A DNA stretch of 62,000 nt, taken from assembly GCA_013265495.1 (NCBI GenBank), contig MU058463.1:3205037-3267036 (forward strand), written 5' to 3'. This DNA is from Vicugna vicugna. Lineage: Eukaryota. Of the stretch, positions 12,176-22,753 are shown piece after piece. The translations under genes were made by a program, and so were the position numbers. The notes beneath the pieces are model-generated. The model was not told the origin of the DNA. It did not search any database and was given only the letters and a program-made list of their open reading frames with translations. Position 1 is the first letter of the stretch, and the number at the start of each line of letters is the position of its first letter.

Positions 12176-13699
12176 GTAAACTGCATGGTCCTTTCTGAAG
12201 ACCATAAAAAATGTGCTCCAGCCACCCAGTGAACAGGTCAAGATCACTGGCTGCAGAGATTTTTTTTTTTAACCTTTAGTTAGGTTGTATAGTTCAATAG
12301 CATGTGTCTCCACCTTATGTCACATTTTATCTCTCAAACCACTTACGGGAACCTACCACACTTTCGATGCCTTGGATTTAACACAAATATATTCACGTTT
12401 CCTACTCATAAAAATGTTACCATAGAAAATGCCTGCTTTTTGGGGAAGAAATGGTAATGAAAGTTAGGAGGTTCTTACCTTGGAAAGATAAATAAAATTA
12501 GAACTTTTCTTAATCTAATGTGCAAGTGAGGTATAACGCGTATCGTATTAAATGAAACACAGTTTTGTTAATGGCCCTCATGGACGAGCAAGAAGTTCTA
12601 TTTATAGTAAAGTCATTTCTTAGACATTGAGAAAGCAAACAGGACCAAATCAGAGCCCCAGTATGTAGGTGCCCCCTTCCATAGGTACTCAGACTCAGCA
12701 CAGCACAACTGGTCACTCTGCCCCTGGAGACGCCTACTCTTAACATTTGTGTTGATGTTCATTCCACTCCCTCAGTGACTGGTTTTCCTTTTCTTTTGAC
12801 TTGGAGACTGAGCAAAAAAAGTTATTTTCTATATTTTTCCCACTTTCTTTGAGATGGCAAGGCAGCCTATGTTTTAGACAAAGAATAGCTCAGGAGACTC
12901 CAAACAGACTCAAAGTAGCTAGTTAATTTATTACTAAATTCTTTATAACCTATTATCACATAGCTACTATGTTAATTATCCATAAAAATCTTATGCCTCA
13001 AACATGAAAAATACATGCATTCATCTGCTAACAATAAATGGAGTGTGTTGCAGTAACAAAATAATGGTATTTATAGTACAAAGAATGGGTTTAATTTGGA
13101 GTTTCCCTTTTTTTTTTCTTTTTTTTTTTTGGCTGTGATGAGTAAACATGAAAAATAAACTCTGATGCCCTATAGAGATTTTAATTATTTCTTATGGACT
13201 AATGCCACTTCAATCTTCACGTTCCACAAGTACTTTACTCAACACTCAGCCTGTTAATAGTCTTGTAGATTTATTTTACACCTTTCCTAATTTATCTGTT
13301 GGCAGTTAATCTGAGCCTGTTGTCAAGGAATTATGCCACTTATGGAAGAAATCCTACAGAATATTTTCTATGTAAAAGTGATTGAAGCAATGATAGAACT
13401 TTATCCATTTCTGGATAGAAACACAGGAGGTATTCAAGAGTATCAGCAACTTGTTACCCTAAATTTAGATGACTAAATCAAGAATATTAACTTAAAATGA
13501 AATTGAAAAAGAATATCGGATGGAAAGATACAATTACCCGTTAGGATACCGATAGGACACCACTACTTAAAAAAAAATATCAAAGTATCTTTAACAATTA
13601 AAATCTCAGTCTGACTGAACATTTCACCCCAATTTAGCACATCCAGCAGGGGAACTCATCCTGAGGGAACAGGTCCTGCAGGCACCCGGGCCAGTGGAA

Positions 13700-13716
13700 G
13701 AGCGCCACCTGCTGCA
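13700..13716 (-). promoter_or_regulatory. Candidate CTCF binding site
   Basis: Minus strand TGCAGCAGGTGGCGCTC closely matches the CTCF core CCASYAGRKGGCRS, keeps its CpG, and lies in non-repeat DNA. Confidence 0.65.
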
Positions 13717-16700
13717 ACTTTCTCAAAGTCCTTTCTACACTACGTGAAATTTCTTTGGTGGAAATTGCTGACGGATTGTGTAATACCATAGTAGGAAAGT
13801 ACCTTTCCTTTCTATTTTAGCTTCATCATCTCAGTTCTGCCAACATATTAATACAGCTTCGGAGAATACATAACAGTTGAAAATAAATAGCCAACAGCAA
13901 AATTAATAATTTCAGATCAGTCAACATACTTAAGCTTTCCAATATAATAACATTGCAAAATAGGTATTTTGTTTAATCCTTTTTTCCTCCCTGGAGTTCT
14001 AGCTGTGTTATCCTATATTTCCAACTGATAGGAATTTATTTCTCTATGTCATTTAAATAACTTCACCCTGTGGTCTTCGTTGGTTTTGCCTTCTTCCCAC
14101 CAAGAAGCAGCAACTCTTCTTTGAGCTGCCTTCATTTTCAGATGCTGGGAACAAAGGTTTTTATATTTGGAGGACTGGAGTCCAGTGAATCTTAAAATGG
14201 TATTTTCTCAGCAAATCAATAGAAGATACTGTAAAGCGAACTTAGATCACCTCCTCTCTTTCTGCTTTTTCCACTTGGCGCTGAACGCAGAGAATATAGT
14301 GCCTGACAGCACTTTCGGAAGAGTTGCAGATGGAGGGAGAGGTTAATTGGATTTAGCAGATACCTCACAATGAAGTTTCTGCTTCAATTTGGGCCTCCAA
14401 AGGATATGGAGGGGAGGATCCGAGTGTCGATGTCTCTTTGTGAAAGGCTGATGTTTGGGATAGAAAATACAGTGTGTCAGAGGTATCTCCCAATGTGTGA
14501 GGCTTTAAAAACCAAATTACCCAGAAAACTTTAATGGCGCCTTATCTTCTAGTCAGGGCAGTTTTATGCTAGTGTCACCCACGATGGGAAAATGGAAAAA
14601 AGAGCACAGAGGAAATTTAAAGTTTGGTCTTAATTTACACCCTAAGGATTATAGTCTTTAAGAATGTTGATATTTCTAATTGAAAATGAAAATTAACTAT
14701 TACCAACCAGCATGTGAGGGGACTCACAGAAAGCCCTTTGGATTAGACCTCCACAAGTTGCAACTTTAGATAGACTCTGATTTTGCCTCTTGATTTTTGT
14801 GACAAAATCTGAAAATATGAAATTTAGTGACACCATTCACATTACGCTGCTAACAGTTACACAAAATATCTTTGTTTAGGGACCTAATAAAATTGGTCAT
14901 ATAAAGAGGAAATGAGATTTTTAATGCAAAATGAAGCTGACAGTGCTCTTCTATTACCAGGGTCTTATTAGGGAAAAATTCTCTGACATCTGTTTATCCC
15001 CTGCAGCCAACCTTGTATTCAGAATGCAGTAATTGATTCACAGCATCCACTGGGGATCTAACTGGCTCACTTTTCCACACCACACTACACAGGTATCTCT
15101 GCAGCTAATTCTGAATGTACATCTACATCGTTATCTCCTGGTGAACTGTGACCCTAAACACTTTGGAGGCCCAGATGAAAGTGCTCCCTCCACCCTCCAG
15201 TGCTAGGGGTGTAGCGGATTCTGCAGCACGGCAATTCACACAGGACATCCAATCAGAACCATCCCCTTTGAAGCCCTTCTCAGCTGGGAGACCATGAATG
15301 ATTCATAGCTTCTCTACACAGACTAAAGAGGAAGAGCAAAGCTAGTGTGTATTATTCAGGACTGCATCCTCAATAAGTCTCCATGTTCAGCAAATTGCTA
15401 CAATGTTTTTTTTTTTTAGCTTAGTTTTTACTTCCATACAACATCTCTTTTGTGTACAAGTTTTAACAAAGAAATATCGTCTGTTTAAGCAAACTTTGTT
15501 GATTGGGTTATTTTTCCCTCCCCTTTAATGAATGTTGATGTAGTCACACATTTAATGCAAAGGAAAGTACCTGGCAGGGACCAGGTTTCCAAGGAGAATC
15601 CCAACATCCCAACTTTGCAATTAACTTATAAAGTGTATTTGATGTCAGCTTCCCATTTTTTCATGATTAGGGTCAAAATATTAATATCACAGTGTACCCA
15701 TGTGCAAAACCTAGCTTCATAATGTCACGTGTAAAACTAAATAAAATATTGTACCCATTGGAAAATATTTCGCCAGCCAGGACTGCTGGGCTGCCTAGGA
15801 GACCAAAAGCAAGACCCTCTGGTTCTGCAGCCACACCGAGCAATCATCATGATAATGATTACTAAGCTTCTTCTCCATCCCAGGATTCTGCAGACACAAT
15901 AACTGAATATTACCCCCCAAAGAAACATCAGTTCTGGAAGCTTCATTATTAAGCAAGCAAGGTTCTCCTTGTGTCATCATTCACAGAGGGTTTATTTTCC
16001 AAGCTGAAATATAAGCACCAGGAGAAAACCACAGAAATCCTCCCCAAAAGGGACAGTGTCACTCAACTTCCTGGAGTTTTTGTTCTAGAAATACTAGTTT
16101 TCTCTTACCTGTGAACAAATCTATGGATCTGATGTTAGTGTTCATAACAGTAACTTTGGTATTTCCAAGCCTCTTTTAGCAATCCTGAATTTTAGGATTT
16201 CGCTAAACATCTTTAATTTTGTTGCTTTTGTATACGTAAGAATGTTTTCAGAAATAATACATGCCTAGAGTTTCTTGGAATCAGTTTAACCACAGAATAT
16301 CATTTGGTAGTTGGAAGTACTTTAGCCTTGCTCGGTAATTTGAAAAAAAACACCAAAAAGACTAAAATTAAAAGTACCCCCTCAAAAAGTTTTCCAAAAG
16401 TTTATGAAAAAAATTATTAAAAAATGAGAAACCATATTTGTTAAGACACCCAAATTGTTCATATTCAGACAATGGAATATGCTTTTTTGAAAAAGATTGC
16501 CTTAAAAAATAAATACATGAGGGTTTTATCCACCTTAGATCACCTTGTTTTTTTTTTTTTTTTTCTTTTGGCCCAGGTTCCCATGTGGGCTACCTGATTT
16601 GCTCATTGCTGGAGCTGATTGACAGGTACGGTGACAAAAATGCAAATGATATGCAAATAGACATATTAGGGCAGTTCTTTGTAAATAGAATTGCTGCTTA

Positions 16701-16930
16701 TGTACACATGGTACTTTTTAACAATGGGCTTCTACCTTTAAAAGTTCAAAACAGTCAATTTCTACAAACTATACATTGCTCAAGTTTAGTTTTACTATTT
16801 TGAAAGCAAAATGTAAGGTAACTAGATAACCAGATATGACTCATGGGAACAACTTCAATATAAAGATTTCTTTCTCTATAATTATATACACTTAAAGTGT
16901 CCTCACTTCTCTTATTATATTTATATATTT

Positions 16931-16953
16931 GTGCGTGTGTGTGTGTGTGTGTG
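16931..16953. repeat. (GT)n microsatellite
   Basis: gtgcgtgtgtgtgtgtgtgtgtg. Confidence 0.95.
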
Positions 16954-17039
16954 ATGCTTATGGTTCTGTCTTAAGATATGGTTATAAATGTGGGTCTGTT
17001 AGGATGAACTTACATCTGTATATTGCAAATAGAATCAAC

Positions 17040-18288
17040 TTAATTTTAGTTATTGTATTTTTTTTTAATTTCCATTTGATTCTTCTTTATCTTCTATTCC
17101 TTTGCTAAGACGTTCTATTTTTCTTTTGGTTTCAAGAGTGTTCATGATTGTTTGAAGCAACATTTTTGTAATAGTCCTTGCCAGATCATTTTAACATCTG
17201 TGTCATTCTAACGTTGGTGTGTGTGGATTGCCTTTTCCTGAGATCTGAGATTTTTTCTGATTCTTTATGTATTGCATAATCTGGGATTATGCATTGGATG
17301 CTTTGAATGTTATTTTACAAGACATGGAGTCCTGTTTAGTCCTATGGGTAGTGTTGATAGTTTATTTTAGCAGAGAGCTGATCTGGCTAGGTTCAGGCTG
17401 TGAGTTCCAGCCTTCTTTCCATGGACTGCCAGTTCACACTGCATGGCCTTTGTGGTTCTATTCGGATGTGACCCGCAGATGTGCCACCCAATCTAGGACA
17501 CGGGGGTTGGTCTCTCTGTTACTTCAGATCTCAAAGTCTTCAATTTGATAAACAGAATCAGTTTCACATATGTGAGCTCAGAGCTGAGCCCATAAATTCG
17601 TAAATGACTTTATGGAATCACTTTCCCAAATTCTTCCCTGTCTAGAGTCTCTTCAGTACTTTCCCATTCTGACTCCATCATTTTGGTCTTCTGGCTAGAA
17701 AGATGGGGTTCTCCTCACCCTGCTCTCCTGAGCCCTTCCCAACTGTGTCTGCATCTGGTGCCAAATGATAGGAAGAAAACATTTTAAAAAGAAAAGTGAC
17801 TCAGTCCTCTTGTACCCAGATCTGGTCCCACTGAATGTAGAGAAAGTTTCCCTTCCTTCAGAGTTTTGCATCCGATGGGCTTCTGCTGCCAGTTACCACC
17901 ATTCCTGCTACAGGACAGTCTGGGAGAATGGAGACAAGAAAAGGAGGAATAAATACAAGATTCTCACATCCTCTCTGAATCAGGAGCTTCTTTTCCTGCT
18001 CTTTGAACCAGAACTGAGGGCTTCTCCCAGAACTCCCTTGGGCTGCACTACAGTGGGCACTTCCACGTTCATTGAGAAATAATGGAAGGATATTTTTTAT
18101 TGGCAAAATCATTTTTAACAGTAAACTCATGCTAGTTTAGTGGTTCCTTAATTCTGATATTCATCTTGAAGCCCCCTGCAGCTGTTTAGTTTCAGAATTC
18201 TCAAATAGATACATGATTTCTGTCCTGTATTCAGTGGAAGAGACAAAGTAGAGTATGTTTACTCCATCCTACCTGGAACCAGAACTCC
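17040..18288 (-). mobile_element. Ancient L1 (L1M/L1MD-like) 5' end: 5'UTR plus start of the ORF1 region
   Basis: Minus strand starts gagttctggttccaggtaggatggagtaaacatactctactttgtctcttccactgaatac, typical of old L1 5' termini. The left part (ttccatttgattcttc ... ttaacatctgtgtcattc ... gattgccttttc ... tttgaatgttat) resembles antisense old L1 ORF1. Confidence 0.75.
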
Positions 18289-18721
18289 CTGGAATTACTT
18301 TAAATGTGAGGATATCCTTGGTGTTAATCACAAGAGAAGAAATTGGATTTTCCTGTCTAGAGGTCAGAACTAAGAGGGAAAGTGATGATTCAAGTTACAG
18401 TGTGGGAATATGCTGGTGTTGGTGTTACCCACAGAGATGGAGAAAGTCTAGGAGGAAGTTGCAAGGTGATTGGGGAAGAGATGAAGCCTTCCACCTGAAA
18501 TCAGACATGGAGACAGGCATGGTTTCTAGAAGTTTAGACCAACCTGTTGCCTATTGTAAGACAGCAGATGGAAGGAGCCCCAGGTCCAAGCTAGTTTTGG
18601 GTAAAGGAATAAATTGAGGGGGATTAAAGCAGTAATATGTATATTATGAACTTGCTCTTTTATCCCTTTTTTTCCTATTTCTTGTTCTCTGTGGGAAAGG
18701 GAAACAAGGAAAGAAGAATTT

Positions 18722-18840
18722 AATTCAACATTCATTCCACAGAGATTTATGAAGAATTTGCAAAGTGTTCACATTGTTATACACATGCAGATAGATTAGT
18801 GAAAAAAATTCTGATTTTGTGGATTTATGGTCTCAGGATA
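18722..18840 (-). mobile_element. L2 3' end fragment
   Basis: aattcaacattcattccacagagatttatgaag ... gtggatttatggtct. Confidence 0.5.
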
Positions 18841-19555
18841 TTCTAGGCATTTTTTCCCTAGAAATTTGTTCCAAAGTGTGATCGAAATGATAGTGTGATG
18901 ACTCTAGGGAGTAAGTGTGAAGCAGCAATCAAGAGAATAAAAAGACACCAAAGAGAGCATGGACCTCAGGTGGACAGAGTGGATCTTATGTCAGCCACCA
19001 TGGCCTGCCCTGCAGAGAGCATTTTCTCTCCATACCAAACCTTAGACATTCTGGATCTTAATCAAAAAGAAAAGCTACAGTCTTATTTTTCTAGAAAGCG
19101 TGTATGTTCACTGCTCATTACGAAGTCTTTATAATGATTACTTCACTTCTCTAATTATGTTTTCCCAACCTGCCTACAATTTGCTTTACAAATGCATTGG
19201 CTCCTTACTTACATTGTTCAAGAACCAGAGTTAGTATTGGGACTAGAGTGGTAAGTCAAACACAGCTCCAACCCCCCAAATAGTACATTCCAATGAAATG
19301 GTTTGAGAGAAAAGGATTATTTCAATATAAGGTCTAAAATCTTAAGTTTTACTGAACACTAAGAGTGTTTTGAGGAAGAAATGTTCATCAAATCTAAGCT
19401 GATCTATGGAAAAAAAAAACAGCTGAAGAAAGATGGGAAGAGCATTTATCTCAGGCAGTACCAGCAATATTTGGGGGGAAAAAAAAGCACAAAGAAAGAA
19501 AAAACAAGGTCTGTGACAGTACCGTGTTTTTGTATAATAATATGAGTTTTGGTGG

Positions 19556-19755
19556 AGAGGAATTAGAATCTTTGAATTCCAGCTTAATTACTTACTGGCT
19601 ATGTGAATACAGGCAAAAGAATTCTCTTCTTCAAGCCTCAGTATCTGCAGCTATAAGCTGGGGAAAAATTAGCATCATTTCAAGGACTGTGAGACTGGAA
19701 TAAGATGATAAGTGTAAAATATGAGCATGGAGACGAGCATTGAACACGTGTTCAT
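19556..19755 (+). mobile_element. MIR SINE
   Basis: ttgaattccagcttaattacttactggctatgtgaatacaggcaa ... aagcctcagtatctgcagctataagctgggg ... aataagatgataagtgtaaaa. Confidence 0.8.
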
Positions 19756-19849
19756 GGTTTTGCTTTCTTTTCATCCTTTTCTCCTCTTCCCTCTCTTCCT
19801 CCTTTTCTTCTTTTTTATTTTCATTTTTTCATTTTTTGGCTTCCTTTAA

Positions 19850-20000
19850 AATTTTTTTTTCTTTAAAAACATTCTTTTTTAATGGGGAGGAGGTAATTTT
19901 AGGTTTATTTGCTTATTTTTTTAAACAGAGGTACTGGGAATTGAACCCAGGACCTTGAGCTGCTAGGCACATACTCTACCACTGAGCTATAACCTCCCCC
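19850..20000 (-). mobile_element. Vic-1-type camelid SINE (long-tail variant)
   Basis: Minus strand gggggaggttatagctcagtggtagagtatgtgcctagc ... aggtcctgggttcaattcccagtacctc, then aaataaacctaaaattacctcctcccc and an A-rich tail. Confidence 0.92.
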
Positions 20001-20316
20001 ACGCCTCTTCTTGATATTTTGATAATACTAATGACTATTGTTGTTGCTGCTATTATTAAAGCAGCTAGTGTAAGATGGGAAGAGGTGGGATATAAAGATG
20101 GAAAGAGGTCAGGGCAAGGGCATAGAGGATTTTGTATATCATCTAAGGAAGAGAGAAGGGATCCTGAAGTTTAGGGGGAGAAATTGAAAGGCTTTAACAG
20201 GGAAAGCAACATGATCCAATCTGCATTTTCTACAATGATTTAAGTTGGAAGGGGCAGAGGGTGAAAACTGGAAGTAGGAAAAAAACACAGAAAGTAATGG
20301 AAATAGTTACTTTCTG

Positions 20317-20384
20317 CTTAGAAAAATTAAGCATCAAAACTTTTCCAGAAATTTATAATTTTTCAAGACAAAATGATAACAATG
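20317..20384 (+). repeat. Copy A of a 68-bp inverted duplication
   Basis: 64/68 identical, with no gaps, to the reverse complement of 22638-22705. Confidence 0.95.
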
Positions 20385-20559
20385 AAGCCTCAAGTGAGAT
20401 ACTGGGAAAAGAAACAGAAAAGTGAGACTGATTTAAGGAACCGTTACAAGCAGAGTGGCAGTGATTTGTGACTGGATGTGGGGAAGGCAAGGGAGAGGAG
20501 AGAGGAGAGGCCGACACCCAGGATTCTATTTTATCTGAGTGTGTAAGTGATACTATTGC

Positions 20560-21005
20560 TTTTTTCCAGTTTTATTGGGGTATAATTGACAATTAAAACT
20601 GTATATATGTACTTAAAGTGTACCATGTGATGATTTAATACATGTATAAGTTGTGAAATATTCACCACAACCAAGTTAACTAACGCATCCATCACCTCAC
20701 ATAGTTACCTGTGTGTGTATGTGCATGTGTGTGATAAGAACACTTAAAATTACCCTCTTAGTAAATTTCATGTGTACGATATAGTATTAACTATAATCAC
20801 CATGTTCTACATTAGATCCTCAAAAGTTGTTTACCTTATAACTGAAAGTCTGTCCTTTTTGACCAGTATCTCCTCATTTCCCCACCCAGAGCTCTGGTGA
20901 TCACCATTCCACTGTTTCTATGAGTCCAACTTTTTAAAGATTCCAGAGATAAATGGTATCCTATAGCACATTTGTTTTTCTCTGTCTGAGCTAGTCCACC
21001 TGTTA
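20560..21005 (-). mobile_element. L1 3' end (L1MA8/9-like)
   Basis: ttttattggggtataattgacaa ... ccatcacctcacatagttacc ... gtattaactataatcaccatgttctacattagatcc ... ataactgaaag. Confidence 0.92.
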
Positions 21006-21719
21006 AGTGAATAAGGGCATATTAAATGAAAAAAATATTGAAAGAGGAACAGTTTGTGAGTGAAAGGTCATGATATCAAGGAAAACAAAACAAAACATGA
21101 GTTTGAGGTCAGCACAAACATATACCCAAGCATTTGCTATCTGACTAGTCTGGAGCTCACGAGAGGCAAAAACTGGAGCTGCACCTCCAGGAGACCAACA
21201 GATGGTGGAAAATCCCATAAGTGGGTGAGGGACGAATAGGCAGGTGGATGGATAGATAGGTAGATAGAGTGAAAGTTATGAAAATTATGTGATAAACGAG
21301 GTGCTTTAGAGATTTAAGAAGAATTTGGATACACATATATAATACAATATATATGGATAAAGAAATCTATACAACAAAGTATATATTCGTTAAGTCCTTA
21401 ATTGTGTGTGGCTCTGTGCCAAACAATTTTGTGCATCATCTAATTTACACAAGCTCATTCAGTGCATTAGTAGCAGACCTGTAAGTCAACCAAGCACAGA
21501 GTCCAAAACCCATCACCATAAACACTATTTTATAGTGAAGAATGCTGGGTACATGCAGGGTTAAAAGGATGGGAGGGAGTAAGGCTGGTGGATGGGAGGC
21601 AGAAAGCAAGAAGACTTTTGGAAGTTAATGTGATAAAGGTAATAAAGACTTAAAATCTGTAAGTGGCAATTTATAAAGTAATGGATTTGAGAGACATGTC
21701 AAGGGAAGCACATGTGCCT

Positions 21720-21804
21720 TGAGCAGTGCCCTGCCCCTATAATGGTGCCTGGTAGACTGTCACTGCATAATGAATGAGTGAATGAATGAATGAATGAATG
21801 AGTG
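21720..21804 (+). mobile_element. L2 3' terminus with (TGAA)n tail
   Basis: aatggtgcctggtag ... tgaatgagtgaatgaatgaatgaatgaatgagtg. Confidence 0.7.
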
Positions 21805-22637
21805 GAATGTTTTGGAAGCAAGGGTAATGGAGCACTGGAGAATGGCAGAACCACTAACAAGTGTGTTAGCCATAGAGCCTAGTGGAAATATATCATCCTT
21901 GTGATTATTAAGTCAACTAATTGAACTGAGCATGTAGCGAGGGGAGAATCCGATCCAGATGTGTGCAAAGATGGGTGTAGAAAAACAGACTTTATTCTAA
22001 GGATAGAATCATTCGAGATTTTTAAGTGTACTGACATATTAACCAAAGGACAATGATTTCAATGAGTGTATGATGACCTTTACTGGTGCCATTATGTCAC
22101 TGGCTTGCTTATTTGATAGAAACAGTGACAGGAGTTGGCAGTGCTGCACCTGTAAGAGAATAGTATTTTAATTGGTGGGGAAAAAAAAGTGAAACAAAAT
22201 AAGATTTTTCTCCTTTGAAGTGCTACTTCACTTCTCTTCTTGATGCAAACTAAGAAGAAACAGGAAAGACTGTATCTGCATGGCTATATGGCATCAATTC
22301 TTTTACCCCAGGAAAATTTTAAAGCATATATTTATAGTCTGAAATAAAGCAAGAAATGAGAACCTGTATTCTGGTGCCACAAAGCAATATTGCATTAATG
22401 CACCAGACTTTATGTTAGAGCCAAAGCCATATTAGGAGGGAAAACATTATATTGCATACAAATATCCTCACTAAACTTACAACTTTATTTTAAAAATCTC
22501 TTGGTTTCCATTTAAGACTTAAATACTTGGCAAGATTTTAAAATATATAACAAGGGTAATCTGCTGACATTTGTCTAGATTAGAAAACTCCAACTTTCAT
22601 AACACAACTCGATCAAGGCCATAGACAAGAGAAATGG

Positions 22638-22705
22638 CATTGTTATCATTTTGTCTTGAAAAATTATGAATTTCCAGAAAAGGTTTGATGCTTAATTTTT
22701 CTAAG
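22638..22705 (-). repeat. Copy B (probable donor) of the 68-bp inverted duplication
   Basis: Its reverse complement matches 20317-20384 at 64/68 positions. Confidence 0.95.
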
Positions 22706-22753
22706 TGGTTTCCTGAAATGATTCTAATTCACATAAGAGCTTGAGAATCACTG
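22706..22753. mobile_element. MER5-like hAT-Charlie terminal fragment
   Basis: tgattctaattcacataagagcttgagaatcactg resembles the MER5 end tgattctgatgcacactaaagtttgagaaccactg. Confidence 0.55.

Larger units (their letters stand above)
19185..21240 (-). mobile_element. Long fragmented L2, interrupted by a MIR, a Vic-1 SINE, a 68-bp insertion and an L1
   Basis: Purine-rich L2 antisense blocks: gaaattgaaaggctttaacagggaaagcaacatgatccaatctgcattt, gtgatttgtgactggatgtgggg, gagtttgaggtcagc and gtctggagctcacgagagg. Confidence 0.7.

Noticed and set aside
15568..15579. tacctggcaggg, resembling the U1 snRNA 5' end
   Set aside because: Only 12 nt match and the similarity does not extend.
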